Shown here piece by piece: positions 57,300 to 64,000 of a stretch of DNA of 64,000 nt; within the stretch, counting starts at the first letter, position 1; the number at the start of each line of letters is the position of its first letter. The stretch is from a virus. The stretch is taken from positions 30,556 to 94,555 of IMG/VR virus record IMGVR_UViG_3300020175_001039; one strand, written 5' to 3'. The position numbers were made by a program, and so were the translations under genes. Under the pieces are notes generated by a model, which made no database searches, was not told the origin of the DNA, and was given only the letters and a program-made list of their open reading frames with translations.

Positions 57300-58265
57300 T
57301 TATTCCTTTTCATCTATTCCAATTTTAATATACTTATTTTTGTATACTACAATTGGGTTTGGTGGCCATTTAAATGTCGTCTTGACATGATATGGCAATT
57401 TCTTTCCAATAATTCTATCGTAAGGCACTTCAAAGCCGCCTACTATAGTATCTATATTACTACTACATACAATAAAATGCAAGAACTTTTTTTGATCAGT
57501 GACATATTTTTCATAGTTTGTAATAGAACTTGTAATTTTAATTTTGGATTTGTCTTTTCCAATATTGATAATCACATCCCCGATGCAGTCAAGATCAGCA
57601 GTTTGTAATGTCTTACTTAAATTGTTATTGAAGTCAGTATCAAACTTTACTTTCCGATAATGCATGGAGTATTCACTAAACACTTGTCTCGTGTATATAC
57701 TTATGTCTCGCAAACTTGCGTACTGATCAATATCTAAGTCAAAAATCTGCCTGCCCTTGATAAACAATTCAAGGGCATCCACCTTCAAGGTTTTAATCAT
57801 GAAGTCTGGATCGCCTTGCCTTGTGATATAAAGATCTAGGATATTGTCTTTATTTTTTGCAATCTCATTTATTTCACGTAGTCGAAAATTCTTTTTAATT
57901 TTTTTTAAATTAACAGATACTTCCAGTTGTTTAGTCTCAGTATAGATATCAACGTGAATTTCAGAATCACCTCGGCTTTTTTCCTGTAGTCTTACCCAAT
58001 GATCCTTGCCAGTTAACGTTAATGTGGAACCTCTTGTATCAACAAACCAAGTTTCATTATCCAAGTCTCGGTATACTGCGAGATCTCTTTTTGAAATTTT
58101 ACCGGTGGTAATTTCTGCACATATTTTATTGTCAGTGACAATTGAAATCCTACCATTGATTGGAGGAGTATCCTGGCCAGATATCTTAAATATCTTTCCA
58201 GACTTTGGATCAAAATGTATAAACCACTTATTTTGTGACGAGTCGATAGTATTCTCGTTGACCAT
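57300..58265 (-). CDS. Hypothetical phage protein
   Basis: 321 aa. Confidence 0.65.
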   Translation of the reverse strand: MVNENTIDSSQNKWFIHFDPKSGKIFKISGQDTPPINGRISIVTDNKICAEITTGKISKRDLAVYRDLDNETWFVDTRGSTLTLTGKDHWVRLQEKSRGDSEIHVDIYTETKQLEVSVNLKKIKKNFRLREINEIAKNKDNILDLYITRQGDPDFMIKTLKVDALELFIKGRQIFDLDIDQYASLRDISIYTRQVFSEYSMHYRKVKFDTDFNNNLSKTLQTADLDCIGDVIINIGKDKSKIKITSSITNYEKYVTDQKKFLHFIVCSSNIDTIVGGFEVPYDRIIGKKLPYHVKTTFKWPPNPIVVYKNKYIKIGIDEKE

Positions 58266-59055
58266 TTTTAATATCCTTGGTTAAAAACTCAGGAAGTCTG
58301 TAATGCAAGCATCCCGAAATAGCATAGTTTTGTATTTTTATATTATTACTTTGATTGTACCAAATATTAAACTTATTAATCCATGGTTCTGTCATTGTGC
58401 TTTGTACTATTTCCATATCAATAGACTGTAATATATCCGGATGCAGGGGTGTACATTCGTCATATACATCCAAGTGTTGCAAGACAATACTAAACATTAG
58501 ATTTAAATCCAATGTTTTTGGATGATGCTGTGGTTGGATGTATGTAGAAAATACTTCTCTATATGACTGGAGATATGGATCTAATAGTTTAAAGAATTTC
58601 AACGCTAAATCCGAATCTTTTTTAAAGTAAAATATATTGCTATTAGCAAATGATAGATTGTATTCATTTAAAACTTCTAGATCGATTTTCTCACTAAGCC
58701 TAAAATCAGTTATTGACTTTCCAACACACATATCATGATGATCTATCAAATAGTCCCAAGTGCTGTCGAAGTTTTGTTTTACAATACTGTTGCAGTCAAT
58801 TACAATTGTGTGTTCATAAGGAGTTGACCAGTATACCTGCCAAATCGATTCGTTTTTATGTTTATCGCCATAACGATACGGTATATCAATAATAGCGTCA
58901 AAAGGCTCTTCTTGGCTGATTGTAATGTTGTCAATTGGACAAACTAAACTAACTTTACTACCCTTGTTGCTGCTGCCAATACTGTATGCTAGTGTGACAG
59001 CTGCGTCAATCTCTTCATGATTAGTCGCAAAGATTAAGAATCCTCTTTCATCCAT
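58228..59055 (-). CDS. Nucleotide-diphospho-sugar transferase-like
   Basis: GFLIFA, TPYEHTIVIDC. Confidence 0.6.
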   Translation of the reverse strand: MDERGFLIFATNHEEIDAAVTLAYSIGSSNKGSKVSLVCPIDNITISQEEPFDAIIDIPYRYGDKHKNESIWQVYWSTPYEHTIVIDCNSIVKQNFDSTWDYLIDHHDMCVGKSITDFRLSEKIDLEVLNEYNLSFANSNIFYFKKDSDLALKFFKLLDPYLQSYREVFSTYIQPQHHPKTLDLNLMFSIVLQHLDVYDECTPLHPDILQSIDMEIVQSTMTEPWINKFNIWYNQSNNIKIQNYAISGCLHYRLPEFLTKDIKNGQREYYRLVTK

Positions 59056-59944
59056 TGGAAATCTCCATTAGCTTATCATAGTGGCGCTGAACACTACGTT
59101 TATTCATTAAATGTATATCTGTTCCTTTGTGATTTACCAGTATATCAATCCAGTTCTTTTCATTATCGTTTGATAAAAATATCCAATTGTCTTGATCAAC
59201 AACCTCGCACAAGTCATCACGTTGGCTCATGTTAACCATTTTTTGATCTGCAAAGTTTCCAATAGCATTGCTGGGCACCATTCCGTTCAATATGTGAACA
59301 ACAATGCTCACACAATAATCAGTTCTAAACAAATTAGAAGGGAAATTATATAACATTTGATAGTAATTGTAGTTATCTGCAACATGTGCCCATGTGTCAA
59401 AAAACAATTTACTAATTTCACTTCTGTCAAAATATACAACTGTACTCCACCACATAGGTATACCTTGAGATGATAGAAATCTCTCATTAAAGTGAGGATG
59501 ATCATTCCGTAAGTTAACTGCATTATTAAACATATGCACACCAGGGGCATCCATAAAGTTGCCCAAGAAATCTGTTTTTAGAAAATAATCAATATCTATC
59601 AATAACGTGTGTTCAAATGGACTATACTCCCAGATCATATGCTTGTTACTGTTTTGAAAAGGAGCAGTAAATTCAGTCCAAGGACTGTCATGATGAAGTC
59701 TTGTGTTTTCTGGATGCTCTACATTTGTTAACACTACATAATCAAAAAGATTTTCTATATCATCATCAGTGTTAGATTGTTCAAACCAACTGTATGTGCC
59801 TTCATCTGTAATAACACACACTGGTAAACCAAGATGTTTTTTAGCAAATTTTGCAGCTAGCACAGCTAAGTTTATGTAATCAATTTGTTCGTTATTGTAT
59901 GCAAAGAGGCAGACACCTTTTTCTGCTTCGATGTTCATTACCAA
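59048..59944 (-). CDS. Nucleotide-diphospho-sugar transferase-like (paralog of 58228-59055)
   Basis: GVCLFAYNN..IDY, SPFEHTLLIDID, WWSTVVYF, FRTDY. Confidence 0.7.
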   Translation of the reverse strand: MVMNIEAEKGVCLFAYNNEQIDYINLAVLAAKFAKKHLGLPVCVITDEGTYSWFEQSNTDDDIENLFDYVVLTNVEHPENTRLHHDSPWTEFTAPFQNSNKHMIWEYSPFEHTLLIDIDYFLKTDFLGNFMDAPGVHMFNNAVNLRNDHPHFNERFLSSQGIPMWWSTVVYFDRSEISKLFFDTWAHVADNYNYYQMLYNFPSNLFRTDYCVSIVVHILNGMVPSNAIGNFADQKMVNMSQRDDLCEVVDQDNWIFLSNDNEKNWIDILVNHKGTDIHLMNKRSVQRHYDKLMEISNG

Positions 59945-60291
59945 CCCATAATCTGCTTGATGTTACGAGCTTTGCGCAATTTATTGTATTCAACATCATA
60001 CTCTTGTGCCGAACTAATATACGCAGTCATTAGCTTTTCTAAAAATTCTTGTAAATTAGAGATTGCAATAGGATTTTCCTTGCTGTCAATAACAATGCCG
60101 TCCTTGTGTCCTAAATCAATATATGTCTTAACAAATGCAATAGTTGACTGGTCAGCAGTAAATACACCGCCAGAGTGGTGTACTATTTGTAATTGTTTTA
60201 CTCGATTTTTGATATTTTTCTTTTGGTTAGTAATCGTCAGATTATAGTTACTAAACTCCAGAGCTTTTTGAAGTCTCTCGTCCATAGACAT
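59938..60291 (-). CDS. Conserved hypothetical phage protein
   Basis: MDERLQKALEFSNY...GGVF. Confidence 0.65.
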   Translation of the reverse strand: MSMDERLQKALEFSNYNLTITNQKKNIKNRVKQLQIVHHSGGVFTADQSTIAFVKTYIDLGHKDGIVIDSKENPIAISNLQEFLEKLMTAYISSAQEYDVEYNKLRKARNIKQIMGW

Positions 60292-60319
60292 CTCCTGTAA
60301 TTATAAATTAATTATACAC

Positions 60320-61369
60320 TTAAGACCAGTCAGTGTCAAGTGTTATTGTGGGTGCGGTTCTTTCTTGAAATTGATAGCTCACGCTATCTGCTATAAATGC
60401 TTGAGCATTACTACCGGAACCAAGGTATGCATCACTGGGTGACTCTAGTGGAAGTATATACCCAGCATCAAGTGTAATTATGTCATCATTGGTTTGATCA
60501 ACTACTGATTCTGACAATACAACAGTAACATACATATCAAAACTAGTAAGAGTTTCTACAGCTCTACCTGTTATTGTTACTACACGATTACTATATTCAC
60601 CGCCATAGTCGCCGCTGTCATATTCACCGCCACTGTTCCCAAATCCCTGATAAGTAAACAAGTCAATTTCAGAACCATCGGCTGGCAAGTCTACATATCC
60701 ACGTGGTACTCCCGTCAATGATCCAGCTATTCCTTGGTTATAAGTGGTTTCTGCACTAATTCTAATCTCTTGCATATTATCAAACACTGCATCCCAGAAC
60801 GCAGATCCGTATCCGTTAGTTGCATCTAAGTTTATTGTTACTACTCCGCCAGAATTAAAAAAGTGCCTAGCTTCTTCATAACTATTGAAACTTACTTTTA
60901 CACTTGCTTGTGTGCTATCGTCCCATACTTCACCATTATTAGTAGTCGTTACCACAATATTATCGTCTATATCAACACCATTTAAATTATACCTTGTTGG
61001 GGTATTAATGAAATTATCTAAAATTCCTTTAATTGTATAATACGTTGCTGCTGTAATAGTTTCACCTGGTGCAAAGCTGGGCAACATTGAGGCATTTTCA
61101 TTTGTGTGATACAACGCTGCATTAAGCACTGCTCTTATTTTATTGGTGTGTACGCCAGTAATTTTAGTAGTAGGTGCTACTTTAAAGGATGCAAAATCAA
61201 CATCGGTTTGCCCCCAACCGTATGAATGATATGTCTTGTCCCCAGTATCTAAAAATAGTGCAGGTGTAGTGCTGGTAGACGAATAATCATCTGCCCATAT
61301 TTTAGCAAGTTGATCAACTAAACCATTGAACTGGTCTGCTGTAATTTTATTACCTACACCAATAGTCAT
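60320..61369 (-). CDS. Probable virion structural (tail-associated) protein
   Basis: ITADQFN, YGWGQ, EARHFFNSGG; acidic, T/G-rich; in structural cluster. Confidence 0.6.
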   Translation of the reverse strand: MTIGVGNKITADQFNGLVDQLAKIWADDYSSTSTTPALFLDTGDKTYHSYGWGQTDVDFASFKVAPTTKITGVHTNKIRAVLNAALYHTNENASMLPSFAPGETITAATYYTIKGILDNFINTPTRYNLNGVDIDDNIVVTTTNNGEVWDDSTQASVKVSFNSYEEARHFFNSGGVVTINLDATNGYGSAFWDAVFDNMQEIRISAETTYNQGIAGSLTGVPRGYVDLPADGSEIDLFTYQGFGNSGGEYDSGDYGGEYSNRVVTITGRAVETLTSFDMYVTVVLSESVVDQTNDDIITLDAGYILPLESPSDAYLGSGSNAQAFIADSVSYQFQERTAPTITLDTDWS

Positions 61370-61372
61370 GAT

Positions 61373-62341
61373 TTACTTTGCTCCAACTACAACTTCAAGT
61401 AAACCTTCACCTTCTGATGTCTTGTCTGCTAACGCACGGCCAACAATTCTATACCAATCTAATGCTTCTTGTCTTTCATAATCACTAACTGCACGTGCAA
61501 CGCCAGGAGTTTCACTTGAAACCAAACGCTGTCCTTTACGTACTGGACCAATAACACGACATGGTACACGACCTTCAAGTGCCACTGCTACGCTTGTGCC
61601 TTCGCATGTACTGTTCATTAAATATGCTGGATTAGTAGATACAATGCCAAATACTTCACTACAAAATGCATCAGTTGTTTGTGTAACTTCAGCTTCGCCG
61701 CCAATTTTAATAACAGTGCCTGGTGCATATTCTGCGTCACTTGTATACATTTCTGCAAGGTCAGCATACTGGGCAGATGTTGCTGTACCGTGGAAAAAAC
61801 TTCCAGCTTTTAATGTTACGCCTTTGCCAATTTTATCTCCTGGGAAAGTTCCCTTAAAAGGAGAGCCTGGAACATAGTTTTCATCACCTTCAACGCCTAT
61901 GCCTTGCCAAAGTATGAAGTCATCATGTCCACTATAAACTGAAATCAAACTACCATGATCAAAGATTGCAGTCACATCTTTAGGTGCATTATTTGAATCT
62001 GTTAGTATCATTTGCATGATAATTGATTCTGGACCTGGTACCCATTCACCATCAGGAAAAGCTTCAGTTGGTTTATAGATATTCATTTCATTTAATGTTT
62101 TATTGAACCAAAATTGTCCAATAACTGGTTTGCCTTTGATTAATGATTCTGGTTCGCCTGGTGCGGAATCACTTTCACTGGCAAAATTTTCCAACAAATG
62201 CAGTTGGTTTTCTGCTACGTATTCACCATAACCATAAAAGTTTTTGCCCACCAAGGTTAAGTTGGTTTTTGTATCAATTGTACCATCATTTACTGTGATG
62301 GGCTCTTTATTATCGTCTGAATAGTTTACTGTGTAAGCCAT
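61373..62341 (-). CDS. Tail fibre/baseplate protein with C-terminal intramolecular chaperone-like domain
   Basis: LVGKNFYGYGE..AEN..HLLENFA; GTATSAQYADLAEMY...GIVSTNPAYLMN...GRVPC. Confidence 0.72.
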   Translation of the reverse strand: MAYTVNYSDDNKEPITVNDGTIDTKTNLTLVGKNFYGYGEYVAENQLHLLENFASESDSAPGEPESLIKGKPVIGQFWFNKTLNEMNIYKPTEAFPDGEWVPGPESIIMQMILTDSNNAPKDVTAIFDHGSLISVYSGHDDFILWQGIGVEGDENYVPGSPFKGTFPGDKIGKGVTLKAGSFFHGTATSAQYADLAEMYTSDAEYAPGTVIKIGGEAEVTQTTDAFCSEVFGIVSTNPAYLMNSTCEGTSVAVALEGRVPCRVIGPVRKGQRLVSSETPGVARAVSDYERQEALDWYRIVGRALADKTSEGEGLLEVVVGAK

Positions 62342-62342
62342 A

Positions 62343-62933
62343 TTAACCTCCTGCTTTAATTCTTAGCGTATAAATTATTTGAATTTTTCTATTTGCACTC
62401 TTTTGAATTGGATGAAATGTCAAGTGTGTTAAATATAAATTACTGTCAGTAATTAATCCAATTTCATCAAAGACATAATCGCCTTCAAATTCTTGTGCAT
62501 TATCTAAGTCTTGCTGTCCATTAGGCTCACTGTAGTCAAGTGTGCTAGTGATAATAATATCACTGTATGGCTGATTTTCAAAAAATTGTACGTCTATTTT
62601 GTTGTCTGTATCGACATTGGCAACTGACTTTTCATATGTTTTATTATGAAGTTGCCCGGTTGTTGTGTCAGTGTTTGGAGCCCGGTATTGGATACTACCA
62701 GTTGTTTCATCAACAATGGATCCGCCGTTGCCGTATGCAATTTTTGTAATACCATAACCTGTTCCAGTTTGTTCGTCTGTGCGACCAGCAAATAAACTAG
62801 CAACTGCGATAGCTACATTCAAATAATTAATAGCATTGTGCTTGTCTAATAGAACTTCACCTGAGTCCATATCTTTTACAAGCACATGACCGTCTAATGA
62901 TGTAGTCGCATTATCAATAAAATCGTTTTTCAT
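62343..62933 (-). CDS. Baseplate/tail-associated protein
   Basis: GHVLVKD...NAI, GNGG, YVFDEIGL, FHPIQKSANR. Confidence 0.65.
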   Translation of the reverse strand: MKNDFIDNATTSLDGHVLVKDMDSGEVLLDKHNAINYLNVAIAVASLFAGRTDEQTGTGYGITKIAYGNGGSIVDETTGSIQYRAPNTDTTTGQLHNKTYEKSVANVDTDNKIDVQFFENQPYSDIIITSTLDYSEPNGQQDLDNAQEFEGDYVFDEIGLITDSNLYLTHLTFHPIQKSANRKIQIIYTLRIKAGG

Positions 62934-62956
62934 TTAACATTGTTCTCCGTTGTATG

Positions 62957-62963
62957 TATTTAG
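62957..62963 (-). promoter_or_regulatory. Late-promoter-like box CTAAATA
   Basis: Followed by CATACA..GGAG, as at 4927. Confidence 0.5.
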
Positions 62964-62965
62964 CA

Positions 62966-64000
62966 TTAAAAAACAATACCTGAGCCAGTTGCTTGTAACT
63001 GTATTGGTTCTATGTTCGTGCTTGTTGGATCCAGTATGCTCTTGCCACTGTCGTTATATGCAGGCTCGCTTATCTGCACTGTGTTTGTTAATGTTGTTAT
63101 TCTTGCATCGCTAAGTGATATAATTGTATCTCCAATAGACCATTCTTTTGCATATGTTGCTCTTTTGATACCGTACAATGTGTTACCGACAATACCAATA
63201 TATGATGCAATCTCACCATTGATGTAAAGCTCGCCGCCATCTGTATCAAACAATGAAATGTCAGCTACTTCAACTGTATCATCCACTTGTGCAATTACCT
63301 GTGTTGACATGTCTGCAACTAGACTATATGATACAACTTGCTTGTTGTTGTCTTGTTGATATACAAATGTTCTCGTGTCACTATCTGTTGCACTTCCAGA
63401 TGTATTAGTAAGAACCTTGATATCTAAATGTTCCTCTGGTTCTACAATGTAGACATTTCTGCGATGTGCGTTTTTGCCAATTTCAGTTTGCGTGTAGTTA
63501 TATATGTTATAATCCAAGAAATCTGGACCAGCGTGGATGTCGTCATACTCAGTGTCAGTAAATGACAGACCAGTATAAGTTTCACCAGCCGTATTATTAA
63601 ACAAGCTACCATAGATTGGACCATCAAATGCTTGATCAAATACATCAAATTTCAGTGTCATTTCCATAGCATGGCTTTCTTGGATATCCACCATTAGTTC
63701 TTCAGTTATGCTGTGTTTATCAAATACATTTCTTACCTTGGTATGGTAAGGCTTAACAGTATTTACATAACCTTGAATTTCATTTATTCCATTGCGAATA
63801 TATTTTCTTGCACGTTGCTCGATTTGAGATTCAATCTCCAATTGAATATACGTTGTTTTGTACACCCAGTCAACCTGTTTTTGCGAACTAATTGTAAATT
63901 TAATCATATCGAAGAAGAACTTGTTGAAGTTATCCTGATGGTTTAGTATAAAGATATCATTGCGCAATGCCTCTACCATGTAGTATGCAAAGATTTTCGT
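62966..64000 (-). CDS. C-terminal part of a large structural (baseplate wedge-like) protein
   Basis: ORF is probably 5'-truncated by the window edge; DWVYKT, YVNTVKPYHTKVR. Confidence 0.55.
   Translation of the reverse strand, partial: TKIFAYYMVEALRNDIFILNHQDNFNKFFFDMIKFTISSQKQVDWVYKTTYIQLEIESQIEQRARKYIRNGINEIQGYVNTVKPYHTKVRNVFDKHSITEELMVDIQESHAMEMTLKFDVFDQAFDGPIYGSLFNNTAGETYTGLSFTDTEYDDIHAGPDFLDYNIYNYTQTEIGKNAHRRNVYIVEPEEHLDIKVLTNTSGSATDSDTRTFVYQQDNNKQVVSYSLVADMSTQVIAQVDDTVEVADISLFDTDGGELYINGEIASYIGIVGNTLYGIKRATYAKEWSIGDTIISLSDARITTLTNTVQISEPAYNDSGKSILDPTSTNIEPIQLQATGSGIVF

Noticed and set aside
61-63946. Most plus-strand and nested ORFs in the supplied track
   Set aside because: They are antisense or out-of-frame shadows of well-supported minus-strand genes, with no motifs
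1-64000. Bacterial chromosome origin
   Set aside because: Host-like genes are interspersed with T4-like replication genes, virion genes, late-promoter boxes and many small phage ORFs on one strand
1-64000. Introns, inteins, homing endonucleases, integrases, IS elements, rRNA/tRNA
   Set aside because: None recognised by eye; thyA and other usual targets are uninterrupted. tRNAscan-SE/Infernal would be needed to exclude RNAs formally

Overview
This AT-rich, gene-dense window is almost entirely minus-strand and reads as part of a large (jumbo/T4-like) tailed-phage genome. A marine alphaproteobacterial host is plausible but is only an inference from the host-like genes. Phage hallmarks are RNase H/5'-3' exonuclease, a probable sliding clamp, thymidine kinase, thyA/DHFR, an AAA ATPase plus HExxH metallopeptidase pair, tail/baseplate-type genes at the right end, consensus sigma70-type promoters and T4-late-like (T/G/C)ATAAATA boxes. 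Other content: (i) a dispersed 7-deazaguanine DNA-modification set (folE, queD-like, queE, TGT-fold dpdA-like) with a PRTase and a glycosyltransferase, and no queC in the window; (ii) host-like genes (metK, sufE, pepA, ugd, kdsA/kdsB, class I aldolase, tctA/tctC, an autotransporter-like subtilase); (iii) a ~28 kb tailoring island with radical SAM enzymes, a carbamoyltransferase, methyl-, sulfo- and glycosyltransferases, APS kinase and SGNH proteins. The most novel observations are absent from the ORF track. They are three paralogous 33-40 aa basic micro-proteins ending in DP[FY][IL]Y[DE] around the carbamoyltransferase, a perfect 16-bp palindrome containing both start codons and a late-promoter box on each strand, and structured leaders upstream of tctA and tctC. 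No tRNA, rRNA, CRISPR array or IS element was recognised. All calls come from reading motifs; no searches were run.
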